DNA of 64,000 nucleotides from Octopus sinensis (GCF_006345805.1 NC_043021.1:8432001-8496000); one strand, 5' to 3'. Shown: positions 21,640-35,217, counted from the first letter of the stretch. Numbers and translations: made by a program. Notes: generated by a model from the letters alone, not told the origin.

Positions 21640-23492
21640 CAAATTGTGGAGTCAGAGTTAGAGTCATGGAGTTAGAGTTGTGGAGTCAGAGTAGTGGAGT
21701 CAGAGTCGTGGAGTCAGAGTCGTGGGGTCAGAGTCGTGGGGTCAGAGTCATGGAGTCAGAGTCGTGGAGTCAGAGTCGTGGGGTCAGAGTCGTGGAGTCA
21801 GAGTCGTGGAGTCAGAGTCGTGGAGTCAGAGTCGTGGAGTCAGAGTCGTGGAGTCAGAGTCGTGGGGTCAGAGTCATGGAGTCAGAGTCGTGGGGTCAGA
21901 GTCGTGGGGTCAGAGTCATGGAGTCAGAGTCGTGGAGTCAGAGTCGTGGAGTCAGAGTCGTGGAGTCAGAGTCGTGGAGTCAGAGTCGTGGGGTCAGAGT
22001 CGTGGGGTCAGAGTCGTGGAGTCAGAGTCGTGGAGTCAGAGTCGTGGGGTCAGAGTCGTGGAGTCAGAGTCGTGGAGTCAGAGTCGTGGAGTCAGAGTCA
22101 TGGAGTTAGAGTTGTGGAGTCAGAGTAGTGGAGTCAGAGTCGTGGAGTCAGAGTCGTGGGGTCAGAGTCGTGGGGTCAGAGTCGTGGAGTCAGAGTCGTG
22201 GAGTCAGAGTCGTGGAGTCAGAGTCGTGGAGTCAGAGTCGTGGAGTCAGAGTCGTGGAGTCAGAGTCGTGGAGTCAGAGTCGTGGAGTCAGAGTCGTGGG
22301 GTCAGAGTCGTGGAGTCAGAGTCGTGGGGTCAGAGTCGTGGGGTCAGAGTCGTGGAGTCAGAGTCGTGGAGTCAGAGTCGTGGAGTCAGAGTCGTGGGGT
22401 CAGAGTCGTGGGGTCAGAGTCATGGAGTCAGAGTCGTGGAGTCAGAGTCGTGGGGTCAGAGTCGTGGAGTCAGAGTCGTGGAGTCAGAGTCATGGAGTTA
22501 GAGTCGTGGAGTCAGAGTAGTGGAGTCAGAGTCGTGGAGTCAGAGTCGTGGAGTCAGAGTCGTGGGGTCAGAATCGTGGGGTCAGAGTCGTGGGGTCAGA
22601 GTCGTGGAGTCAGAGTCATGGGGTCAGAGTCGTGGGGTCAGAGTCGTGGAGTCAGAGTCGTGGAGTCAGAGTCGTGGAGTCAGAGTCGTGGAGTCAGAGT
22701 CGTGGAGTCAGTCGTGGAGTCAGTCATGGAGTTGGAAATAATTAAGGGCTAGTCGGAGTCGGTAAAACTATACTGACTCCAACTCACAATATCTTTATTC
22801 TTTAACACAAACCAGTAATAACATATAGGCCAACTCAAAGTACAAGCATATTCTTTTATTTGTTTCAGTCATTTGACTGTGGCCATGCTGGAACACCAAC
22901 TTTAGTCAAACAAATAAACCCAGGGACTTATTCTTTGTAAGCCTAGTACTTATTCTATTGGTCTCTTTTTGCTGCGGAGCCTGGTGCAGCTTCCTGGATT
23001 CCCAGATCCCCGGTCGAACCGTCCAACCCATGCTAGCATGGAGAACGGACGTTAAACGATGATGATGATGATGATAAGTTACAGGGATGTAACCTCACCA
23101 GCATCGGTTGTAAAGCGATGGTGGGGGGACAAACACAGACACACAAACACACATATAAGTGTGTGTGTGTGTGTGTGTTGTGTGTGTGTGTGTATGTATG
23201 TATACAATGGGCTTCTTTCAGTTTCTTTCTACCAAATCCACTCACAAAGATTTGATCAGCCTGAGGCTTTAGTAGAAGACACTCACCCAAAGTGCCATGC
23301 AGTGGGACTGAACCCAGAACCATGTGGTTGGTAAGCAAGCTACTTACCACATGGCCACTCCTGTACCTATGCATATGCTTTATGAGATATGCCAACCACA
23401 ATCACTTAATTACACAAAGAGGAGTCAGAGTCGGAGGTGCTAATAGTAGAGGAGTCGGAGTCAAAGTTTTTAATTTCAGCTCCACAGCCCTG
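21640..23492. mobile_element. hAT-like non-autonomous element containing a minisatellite and nested SINE/RTE insertions
   Basis: 8-bp TSD ATTACAAC (21632-21639, 23493-23500). Termini CAAATTGTGGAG (degenerate) / CTCCACAGCCCTG. GGAGTC subterminal motifs near both ends. Confidence 0.8.
21646..22733. repeat. 14-bp minisatellite (GGAGTCAGAGTCGT)n, about 78 units
   Basis: Continuous array with A/G variants. A marker block (catggagttagag...gtagt) recurs at about 21665, 22099 and 22491. Confidence 0.97.
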
Positions 23493-26400
23493 ATTACAAC
23501 AGTTAATACCCGAGTCATCACCACATTAATTAACAGGAATAGGAGCCAAGGCGGCAAGCTGGCAGAAACGTTAGTACACCGGGCGAAATGCGTAGCCGTA
23601 TTTCATCTGCCGTTACGTTCTGAGTTCAAATTCCGCCGAGGTCGACTTTGCTTTTCATCCTTTTGAAGTTGATAAATTAAGCACCAGTTAAGCACTGGCG
23701 TCAATGTAATCAATTTAATCTCTTTGTCTGTCCTTGTTTGTCCCCTCTATGTTTAGCCTCTTGTGGGCAATAAAGAAATAAGGAATAGGAGCAGTTTCCA
23801 TCGATGTCCAACCACATTTGGACTGGTTATGTCAGTGCTTGACTACGTCGTATAATGGTGCATCATCACCATAAATGCCTTTCTTCTCATCGAAAATCTC
23901 TTTTGGTGTACGACCTTTCAAGTATAAGAACTTGATCACTGATCTTACATTCAAGTGCCTCTATGAGTTAAAATTCTACTGAGGTTGACTTTGCCTTTCA
24001 TCCTTTAGGGGTTGATAAATTAAGTATCAGTAGGTTGGACAGTTTGTCTGAGGGCTGGCAAGCCAGAAGGCTGCACCAGGCTCCAATCTGATCTCGCAGA
24101 GTTTCTACAGCTGGATGCCCTTCATAATGCCAACCACTCAGAGAGTGTAGTGGGTGCTTTTACGTGCCACCGGCACGAGGGCCAGTCAGGCAGTACTGGC
24201 AATGGTCGCACACAAATGGTGCTTTTTATGTGCCACCTGCACAGGAGCCAGTCCAGCGGCACTGGCATTGACCACGCTCGAATGGTGCTTTTTATGTGCC
24301 ACCAGCAAGGGAGCCAGGAGGACTGAAAAGTTTCTGGCTTTAAGGATACCACAAAAGACCTGGTTGGGTGTGTATTTTCAGAATATATATAGTTTTATAT
24401 GCCAGTGGCAGGTAAAAAACACCTTTTGAGCACTAGGTCTCACGGAGGCAATGACAAAAGACATGCCCGAGAAGAAGACCCATCAAGCCAAGTGAAATCA
24501 TAGTCGTGGAAGACATTGGTGTCATGCCAATGGCACCTCTATCAGTGGAACGTAAAAGTACCAACTATACTCTCGGAGTGGTTGGTGTTAGGAAGGGCAT
24601 CCAGCTGTAGAAACCATGCCAAAACAGATTAGAGTTGGTGCAGTCCCTCAGTTTTTACTTTCTGTCTACCAAATCCACTTACAAGGTTTTGGTAGGCCTG
24701 AGGCTGTCATAGAAGATACTTGCCCAAGGTACCATGCAGTGGGACTGAACCCTGAACCATGTGGTTGAAAAGCAAGCTTCTTACCACATAGCCATGCTGG
24801 AGGGGCGGGGTTAAACCATCCAACCCATGCCAGCATGGACAACAGACATTGAATTATGATGATGGTGATGATGATAAACACCTGATAGTGAGTATAGTAA
24901 TGTAAAACTACAGCATTTAAAATTACTCTAAATATCAATTTTCATTCCCTGATAAGGGCTCAGAATGGAAACAGCCATTTTTGTGGGGTAATTCAGAGCC
25001 ATGGAAATCAATATACAACAATTAGAAAAACCTTCAAGCCTGAAAATCCTTGCCCCTTGATCACTCTTGACTATGGAACAACAACAATGTGATTGGCAAA
25101 TGGAGCTTCATACCTTTACATCATCATCATCATCATCATCATCGTTTAGCATCCGTTTTCCATGCTAGCATGGGTTGGACGGTTCAACTGGGGTCTGTGA
25201 AGCCGGAAGGCTTCATCAGGCCTAGTCAGATCTGGCAGTGTTTCTACGGCTGGATGCCCTTCCTAATGCCAACCACTTTGTGAGTGTAGTGGGTGCTTTT
25301 TACATGCCACCCGCACAGGTGCCAGACAGAGCTGGCAAACGGCCACGAACGGATGGTGCTTTTACGTGTCATCAACACGGGGGCCAGGCAAGGCTGGCAA
25401 CAGACACGAACGGATGGTGCTTTTTACGTGCCACCTTTACAGTAAGTGAATTCATGTGTTCCTTTAAGATTTCAGACCTTACTGTAAGATTAGAGAAGAT
25501 AGGATGCTCAACAACTGTTGTTATTAAGTAAACTTAAAATATATTCTTTTCGAATAGCCCCCTGGCGTGGCTGTGTGGTAAGAGGCTTGCTTTCCAGCCA
25601 CATGGTTCAGGGTTCAGTCCCACTGCGTGGTACCTTGGGCAAGTGTTTTCTATGACAGCCTCAGGCCAACCAAAACCTTATGAGTGGGTTTGGTAGACAG
25701 AAACTGAAAGAAGGCGGCAAGCTGGAAGAAATGTTAGCACGCCGGGCGAAATGCTTAGCGGTATTTCGTCTGCCGTTACGTTCTGAGTTCAAATTTCGCC
25801 AAGGTCGACTTTACCTTTCATCCTTTCGGGGTCAAAAAATTAAGTACCAGTTACGCACTAGGGTCGATGTAATCGACTGAATCTTTTTGTCTGTCCCCTC
25901 TATGTTTAGCCCCTTGTAGGCAATAAAGAAATAAGAAACTGAAAGAAGCCCATCATATATACATTTATGTGAGTGTGTGCTTATGTTCATGCTTGTTACC
26001 CCACCACCACTTGACAACTGGTGCTGGTGTGTTGGTGTGTTTACGTCCCCATGACTTTGAGGTTCAGCAAAAGAGACAGAATAAGTACCAGGCTTTTAAA
26101 AGAAATAAGTACTGGGGTGTGGGGTCAATAAATTCAACAAGAAATCCTTCACCGCAGTCTAATGGCTGAAACAAGTAAAAAATTGAAGATATGTATTTTT
26201 GCAATGTTAGCCTGGCATTTTTTCTACACCAGTTAACTTAAAAGAATTGATCTTTAGTGCCTGGGGGACTTAAAATAATGGGGGTTAAAGACACATACTT
26301 TCCAAGGTATGGTATAAAACCTATTTGGAATGATAGGCCTCTAAAAATAAAAGAAATTCAATATTTCAAAAACTTCAGAAATTGCCTAAAACTTTAAATG

Positions 26401-27120
26401 GCCATAAAATTTGACTGGTAACAACTACGGGGCTAAAATTTTCAGGAATTACCCCTCTCATGAATACTAACAAATAGGGTAAATTTGAAGAAAATCTAAA
26501 AACCTTTGCAAAAATCCCTTCTTGAATTTCACTGCAATGACCCATACATATATGAATATGTATATATATATATATCTATATCTGTGGAGTGGTTGGTGTT
26601 AGGAAGGGCATCCAGCCGTAAAATCCCTGCCAAAACAGACACAGTAGCCTGGGGTAGTTTTTCTACTTGGCTGGCTTCTGTCAACCATCCTACCCATGCA
26701 TGCATGGAAGATGGACATTAAATGATGATGATAATGATGATATGCGTGTTTGTGTACGTAGACATATAAACACACAAACACACACATATATATATATATA
26801 TATAAAAATAAAGGCACCCTTTTAAAGCCTAGCCAGGCTCATGGGCCTGGCTTCCCGGTTTCTATGGCGTAAGTGTTCCCCAGCTAGACGGGACGCCAGT
26901 CCATCACAGCGTTACTCATTTTCGCCAGATGAGTGGACTGGAGCAACGTGAAATGAAGTGTTTTGCTCAAGAACACAATGTGTCACCTGGTCCAGGAATC
27001 GAAACCACAATCTTACAATCATGATGCTGACACCCTAACCACTAAGCCATGCGCCTCCAGTCATATAACTCATATATATGCATGTGTGCGCATGCATACA
27101 TATACACATGCATATATATA

Positions 27121-27174
<54 letters not shown>

Positions 27175-28690
27175 CACACACATATAGATACATATGTGTG
27201 TGTGTGTGTGCACATACATATATATTTAATTGCCCTCACGTGGTTTTCGATTGTGCTGAAACTAATGTGCAAGAAATCTACCCAAGATGCCTCGCAAAGA
27301 ATTCGACCCTGAGCACTGTGATGGCAAAAGGAAAAACCTTAACCACTTATGAAAACGTTACTATCAATCACCCTGTATACGAGTGATAGAAGAATAAATA
27401 GAGTTTTGCACGGCTTGAACCCAAAGTAAGTGTGCGTGAGGTGGGGCGCTTAAGATTTTTTCATAGGCGCGAAACGGTGAACCCTTTCAAATTATATGTA
27501 TAAAACCGAAACAACATTCATATTCTTTTCTACTCTAGGCACAAGGCTCGAAATTTTGGGGGAGGGAGCCAGTCGATTACATCGACCCCATTGCGCCGCT
27601 GGTACTTAATTTATTGATCTCGAAAGGATGAAAGGCAACGTCGACCTTGACGAAATCTAAATATTTATTTCTTTATTGCCCACAAGAGGCTGAACATAGA
27701 GAGGGCAAACAAGGACAGACAAAGGGATTAAGTCGATTGCATCGATCCCCCTCCCCAGTGCGTAACTGGTACTTATTTAATCGATCCCAAAAAGGATGAA
27801 AGGAAAAGTTGACCTCGGCGAAATTTGAACTCAAAACGTAACAGCAGACGAAATACTGCTAAGCATTTCACCCAGCGTTCTTAACGATTCTGCCAGCTCA
27901 ACAACATTCATATTACAGGAATTATGGGTAGGTCATTTTTAATCCAAAGGTAAGTGAAATGTCTTTGCAGTGCAAAACCTATCTCCCCGTGACCTGAGGG
28001 CGCGAGAACGACAAAAGGACGTTTCACAAAACCGCTGAGATATGATAGAAGTATGCACCTTATTTGGTATCTAAACTGTGCTCAGCGTGGTTAGAATTCT
28101 TGGCTGGTTTCAACAAATTTAATTATTCCTTAGAAATTCAATCTTTCATCTTATAAACGGGACATTTCAGTTTTAAACAGGTAAAGTTTGCTAATCGGAC
28201 CGGACACGGGACAGACCCTCTAAATCGGTACCTAAGGTGTATATATATATATCATATATCTTATATAGGAAGAGCGAAGATATTTGTCACTTATATCGAC
28301 TCTAACCCTAAGTATCTAAGATGTACTTTATGGTATCAATCACCCAGGCTCCTGAAATGCTAAGTTGACCTCGAGCGGGATTTGAAATCAAAACGCTAAG
28401 GGAGATAATTACATAAATTCTATTTCGTTTGGTCGTTCCGTTTCTCCCAATAAATCAATATATAACTATAAAAAACAGAAATGTAACAAAATAAAAAAGG
28501 TCAGAGTTTAAAATATACAGTCAGTTTGTAGTCAGAATGTTGCTTATAACGATAGAAGAAATATTCAATAATGAAAAAAACTTACAATCAATCGGGTTTA
28601 CGTTTTCGTCCATCGCACACGCGGTAGGGTTAACACCGTTGCGGTGAACGCTATAAAAATATTCCGTTTTAACTGTATTCCTTAACTTAC

Positions 28691-28790
28691 GGTGTCAGTA
28701 AGTTTGCCAAGTCGACCGAATGAAAGACAAAATAGCTTGCGACATGTAGTTATGAACATTTACTTCCTGCGTACCAATCCCAATAGATGT
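28691..28790 (-). promoter_or_regulatory. Probable SAAL1 promoter and first exon
   Basis: Unique CpG-containing sequence with two CCAAT boxes (28774-28778, 28780-28784), an ETS-like ACTTCCTG (28762-28769) and a consensus donor CC|GTAAGT at 28691/28690, pointing toward the SAAL1 exons. Confidence 0.55.
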
Positions 28791-29492
28791 ATTCACCATT
28801 ATTTGAACTAAATAAAATAAACTACCATCATTATATTTATTGGACATTTACTGCTCATGGAATGTTCTTTATTAAGACTTAAACTCAGCGATTATGTCAA
28901 ATAAGCACCCCGACTCCTTTTCGTTTCTTTTTTCTCCAAAAACTTCGTCGGATTTCTGTTTTCAACAATAGACATATCGAGTTTGTTGAAAATAAAATCC
29001 ATGCTGCAAAACAGGAAAATTACGATTCTAAATCCCCCCACCAACTTTTTAAAAAAATTCCATCGACTTTCCTCTGGCTTTTATGACCCAGAAAGTAAAA
29101 CAGAACTCGACTAAAATTTGACAAAAAATTGAAATTCATACTTTATTTCGACAACGCAAATACCTAATCGTTAATTAAAAGGTTCGCTGGGTTTTAGGGA
29201 TGGTGAATCGTCACAGCTTTATATCTGTTCTTGTGTCAATCTTTATTGTGCCTCCACTTTATTAGCATTATCACTCACTATGAGTTGTCAGAAATCCGTT
29301 GCTGATGGATAGTGTGTGTACCAATAACGGCCAAACTAAGCCATCCATCCAGCCGTCTGTCCAACCAACCAACCAATTTCCTTTTCTTTCTTTCGATGCA
29401 ATTTGTAAGTAGTATTGTTACTCTATTTCTTTATTATTTTTGTTTTAATTATGCTGAAATGAAATGAGTCACCCGGAAGAATCTAATTCTGT

Positions 29493-29751
29493 TGGTTGAC
29501 ATCCTTTTTGTCTCGGGAGACAGTGGAGTTGCGCATAAAGTATTCTAGTCCGGCTTTTACATTTCATGTCCTTATACATTTCCTGCTGTGGCTGTGTAGT
29601 CCTATCCTGGACAAACACTCCCTCTGGCAGGTACCGCAAATGTAGCGAAGACTGTTCCTGGCTGGTTGTAATGCCATAGTTTCTTGTTGATGTCTTTTCT
29701 TGTCTTTCCATTTCTCCTCTCTCTCTCTGTCACTCCTTTGTATTCCCTTAC
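29493..29751 (-). mobile_element. 5'-truncated RTE-like insertion with a 15-bp TSD
   Basis: TSD AGAATCTAATTCTGT at 29478-29492 and 29752-29766. Encodes RYICGTCQRECLSRIGLHSHSRKC (RTE-type terminal zinc finger). Confidence 0.85.
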
Positions 29752-30344
29752 AGAATCTAATTCTGTAAGCCTCATAAAAATGAGGCAGGAGAAAATAATT
29801 TATGGGATAATTAGTCGTCAAATTTAAATGTGAGTGAGGCTCGAATTCGTTTTTAAACCATATCTTTTTTTACTTTCAGAAAAGCATTTCATATCGTTAT
29901 GCCTATTTGAAAGATTTCAATGAAAGTAATTGAATTTTGTTACCATCATCAAACTTGGTGCAATAGAACAAAAACGTATGAGATAAAAAGTGATCAAATT
30001 TGAATGATTGTAAGACCTAAATTTGTCTTTAAGCAAGCGTATATCTCATTTTAGAAAATGGTTGCCAGTGTTTTCCCGTGATTTATTAAAACAGTTGGAG
30101 ATAAAATGAATGTTTCGAAATATTAACTATATGATCATCATCATTTAACGTCCGTTGACCAGAGCTAAAGGGCTGCACCAGACTCCAGTCTGATTTGGCA
30201 TGGTTTCTATGGCTGGATGCCCTTCCTAACGACTACTACTCCGAGAGTGTAATGGATACGATACTTTTACGTGTCATTTGCGTGACACCAGTATCTGCCA
30301 CAACTACTGTTTTACTTGGCTTGATGGGTCTTCTTCTCAAGCAC

Positions 30345-30510
30345 ATCATCATCATTGTTCGACCGTGGTTGAGACAATGGAATTTACCATGCTACGCCAG
30401 ACTTCACGGTCCATCATGGCATTACGGAGGTCCTGTTGCAGGATCCCTGTATCCCTGGAGATTACATCAGGGTAGGAGAGTGTGCGCCCTCTGGCATTGC
30501 GAGTAGATGG
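30345..30510 (-). mobile_element. 3' end of a further RTE family nested in another RTE remnant
   Basis: GRTLSYPDVISRDTGILQQDLRNAMMDREVWRSMV, followed by a (gat)n tail. Confidence 0.7.
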
Positions 30511-33292
30511 CTTCCAGAGAAGAAGAGTAGAAATTACCTCTTTTTTTTTTTTTTCTCAAGCACAGCATATTGCCAAAGGTCTTGGTCATTCGTCATTGCC
30601 TCCATGAGGTCCAACACTCAAAAGGTGTTTTTCACATGCCATCGGCATCAGCTACCTTGCCTCCATGAGACCCAACACTCAAAAGATGCTTTTGGCACTT
30701 GACACCATCATTGGGTACAACTACAATTTCTTGGCTTGATGGATCTTCTCAAGCATGATATATCACCAAAGATCTCGGTCACTAGTCATTGTCTCTGTAA
30801 GGCCCAAAGTTTGAAGATCATGCTTCACCACCTCATCCCATGTCTTCCTGGGTCTACCTCTTTCACACGTTCCCTCCACAGTTAGAGATTGGCACTTCTT
30901 TACACAACTGTCCATCTGACCATACCAGTGCAGTCATCTCTTGCACATCACATCTGATGCCTCTTATGCCCAACTTTTCCCTCAAAATGAGAGAAGTACT
31001 ATTTTGTATTTAGTCATAAGTACTATTTTGCAGCTATAAGCTGTCACTATTGATTTACCCTAATGTTACTTGTAGTAATAAATTGGTGGATTCCCAGGCA
31101 GTGTTTATACTGGGTTAGTGCATAATTATTGTGGCATTTTTTTTTCAACAAATTTTATTCAACGAAAACAATAACAATATTTGACAAAAACATCTTTAAA
31201 TGACGGTCTGACCTGTCTGCCAAGCAAATGGGAAGCAGTAATTGAAGTAGATGGTGAATATGCTCCGGAATAATCATTTAAAGATGTTTTTGTTAAATGT
31301 TGTTATTGCTGAGTACTGTTGACACCGTTGGATTGAATGGTACTGTCCAGGTGTCAAAACTATAATGAAATCTGTTTGGCAGCTGATGTTAGACTTGATT
31401 GTGAATTTCTTATATCTTAGTTTCATTATTCTGAGTTGTCCTTCAGTCTTGTAAAGTGTTTATGGCTTCAAAGCTTGAGGGGATCACTGACCTTGATACT
31501 CATCTCCTATTTTTTGCCTTTTACTTCTTTCAGTCATTATACAGCAGCCATGCTGGGGCAATATCTTGTAACTAGGGGATAAAAAAGGAGTCTATTTTTG
31601 CCATAGAGCGTTACTCATTTTTGCCAGCTGAGTGGACTGGAGCAACGGGAAATGAAGTGTTTTGCTCAAGAACACAACGCGTCGCCCAGTCCAGGAATCG
31701 AAACCACAATCTTACAATCATGATGCTGACAGCCTAACCACTAAGCCACGCTCCACCACTAATAGTCAATAGTTGAATGTAAATCTTCAGAAATATAGGA
31801 ATGCGATAAATGGAAAGAGTTGCAGATGTATCGAAAGATTTGTTCGCTCAAAAGACCGAAGATCATTTTTGTTCAGTTGCAAAAGTTTTTAATATCGTGC
31901 CATTTTCCCATCACTCAAAAGCATTTTCCTCATTTGATGCAATTCTTCAGCAGCAGTAACGTCCACCTTTCATGCTAGCATGGGTGAGACAGTTTCACAA
32001 GAGCCGGCCAAGCAGAAGCCTGCACCAGATGTCTGTGACTGTTTTGGCAAGATTTTTACAGCTGGATGCCCTTCCTAACACCGAGCACTCAGCAGAGTGA
32101 ACTTGGTGGTTTTTATGTGGCACAAACACAGGTGAGGTCAGTAGTGTTTTTCTATGTGGTACAAGCACAATTTTGAGTGTCACAAGTTCCCATAAATGTC
32201 TATGATTGAATTTCTGTGATTAAATTGTTGTTAATCAAATTGTAAATTAAATTGTTAAATTTCTCAATCTACACCTTCAAAAAGGTATTTCTGCTCTAAA
32301 AGATACTCCCTTTTATGCTTTAAAAAATAGGGTTTTGAAAAAAGAATGTCAGCAGGACAGAGAACAATTTGAAAAAACAAAAGCAAAGCATAAACAAATG
32401 AATAAAGAAGGAAGGAAGGAAACAAAGAAAGAAAAAAAAGAATCTCTATTAGCATAATCTACACCCGCGGAAACGTATTTTCACAAAATTTCATCAAAAG
32501 ATGGGCATATTTTTCAGTAAGCTATGAGAAAAGTCGAGATGGAACAGCAAAGTTTTGTAAATGTAAAAGGCTCATCAAGTTTATAAATTATTGTAATATA
32601 TTTGCTTTGAAATAAAATGTGCAAAGTCTTTTGATAGGAAATTTATCAATGGCTTCTCCCATTGTTGTGAATTGCGGCGCAATATTTCCTTTCATTAATA
32701 AAGCGGTTGTCATTTTTTGACGACACGAGTATACTAGTAAATATTATAATTAGTTAAGCTGCCAAAATGTAATACGTGGAGAAACGTGATGCTTAGTTCG
32801 AGCTGTTACCTCTTCTTTATTCAGGCCCATGAAGTCAAGGAATGATTGTCCCGCCTTTCAACAAAACACACACACACACACAAATATGTGGAGGCGCAAT
32901 GGCCCAGTAATTAGAGCAGCGGACTCGCTGTTTCGATTCACAGGCCGGGCATTGTGAGTGTTTATTGAGCGAAAACACCTTAATGCTCCACGAGACACCG
33001 ACAGGGGATGGTGGTGAACTCTGCTGTATTCTTTCACCACAACTTTCTTCTTCACCACAACTCTTTCTTCTTGCACCTGTATTTTAAAGAGGCCAGCCGG
33101 AGCCTTGTCACGCTCTGTCTACGTCACGTTGAATCTCCCCGAGAACTTCGTTAAGGAGTACACGTGCCTGTGGAGTGCTCAGCCACTTGCACGTTAATTT
33201 CGCGAGTTCGCGAGCAGGCTGTTTGGTTGATCGGATCAACTGAAACCCCTCGTCGTCGTAACCGACGGAGTGGCACGATACAAACATAGTTT

Positions 33293-33791
33293 GGCAATCT
33301 TTCGTCTCTAGTAGACCTTTCCGTCGATTTCCGTAAAAAAATTTCTCTTTTTTACATATGGGCTTGCGGGAACTTTTGAAGTAATGAGAGCGAAAGAGAC
33401 TAAGAGAAAGCGATTGTATGACGAGGGAAGTTCTTTTGAAGTTACCGTGCATGGAAAGCATTGATGTACATGTGTGTGTGTGTGTGTGTTTGATGGGGTG
33501 TGGGAGACAGAAAGTATGTTGTGTAAGTGAAGTGCTTCTGTTAGTGTGTGTGAAAGAGAGAGATAACTGAAATTTTTTACTCGGTGTATGTGTATATGTA
33601 TGTATGCATGTATGTGTGTGTGTGTATGTATCTGTGTGTATGTATGTATGTATGTATGTATGTATGGCTGATTCAGTGTTTACATTATTGCTCTCATTAC
33701 TTCAAAAGTTCCCGCAAGCCCATATGTAAAAAAAAAAAAAAATTTTGTTACGGAAATCGACGAAAAGGTCTACTAGAGACGAAAGATTGCC
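33293..33791. mobile_element. Mutator/Foldback-like MITE with TIRs of about 100 bp
   Basis: TIRs 33293-33391 and 33690-33791 (GGCAATC...GATTGCC). Direct repeat caaacatagttt at 33281-33292 and 33792-33803. Microsatellite-rich interior. Confidence 0.75.
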
Positions 33792-35217
33792 CAAACATAG
33801 TTTTATCATTCGGTCTGTTGTCAATAATCAATTTATGGATCTGATGGTGGTGGCGCCGGCAGCAGCGGCGGCGCTGGTGGTAGTAGTTGTTGTTGGTGGT
33901 GGTGGTGGGGGGGGGTGGGGTGACAACAGTTTATCATTATTAAGTCATTTTGTTTATGTTCCAGAATTTATCAGAAATAAAGTGACTGTATTGACACTCG
34001 CCGCTACACACACACACACATACACACACACACACACACACACGATGCACGTACACGCAACACAAACACATGTACATGCATGTGTGTGTGTGTGTGTGTG
34101 TGTGTGTCTCTCTCTCTCTCTCTCTACAGGCGGTGTAATAAATATGCGATCGGTTGCGGGCTGGGCTGGAGAGAAGAGATAAAAACCATGCAAAGTAAAT
34201 ATATATATACGAATGTCCTTACTGCTCTATCTCTCTACTTGTTTACAAAACTTTAAACATGCATGCGTCGTAATATAATCGTGTGTGTGACTCAGCTGGA
34301 AAATGCTTAGACAAACAGAGGGAGATAAAGAGAAAGAGGAACCACACACACACACACATACCTAACAATAACAGTTTTATTACACTCTTCACATGTATTG
34401 AATCCTTTATTCAGGCAATGCGCGCTGAATTTATGCAGTAGCTTGCTTACCAACCACATGGTTCCGGGTTCAGTCCCACTGCGTGGCATCTTAGGCAAGT
34501 GTCTTCTACTATAGCCTCGGGCTGACCAAAGCCTTGTGAGTGGATTTGGTAGACAGAAACTGAAAGAAGCCCGTCGTATATATGTATATGTGTATATGTA
34601 TATACATATATACATGTATATATATATATGTATGTGTGTATATATGTTTGTCCCCCCAACATCGCTTGACAACCGATGGCGGCGTGTTTACGTATACTCT
34701 TACCTGTTTCAGTCACTTGACTGCGGCCATGCTGGAGCACCGACTTTAGTCGAGCAAATCGGCCCCAGGACTTATTCTTTAGAAGCCTAGTACTTGTGTA
34801 TGTGTGTGTATATGTTTGTGTGTGTGTGCTTGTCCCCCCAACATCGCTTGACAACCGATGGCGGCGTCGTGTTTACGTCCCCGTAACTTAGCGGTTCGGC
34901 AAAAGAGACCGATAGAATAAGTACTAGGCTTCTAAAGAATAAGTCCTGGAGGTCGATTTGCTCGACTAAAGGCGGTGCTCCAGCATGGCCGCAGTCAAAT
35001 GACTGAAACAGGTACATGAGTATACGTAGGTGTGGCTGTGTGGTTCCCAACGTTCCCCTCGTTCTGGGTTCAGTCCCATTTGTTGCATTTGGGCAAGAGT
35101 GTCTTCTACTGTATCCTCAGGCTGAACAAAGCCTCGTGAGTGGATTTGGTAAGCGGAAACTGAAAGAAGCCCGTCATATATATATATATATGTATATATA
35201 TATGCAGCACGAAGCTT

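Noticed and set aside
21666-22752. Long SESWSQSRGVRVV-repeat ORFs (up to 259 aa)
   Set aside because: Products of the 14-bp minisatellite, open in several frames, with no splice or homology support.
31810-31959. 49-codon ORF MERVADVSKDLFAQKTEDHF...
   Set aside because: Short, with no recognisable homology or clear splice context; compatible with chance.
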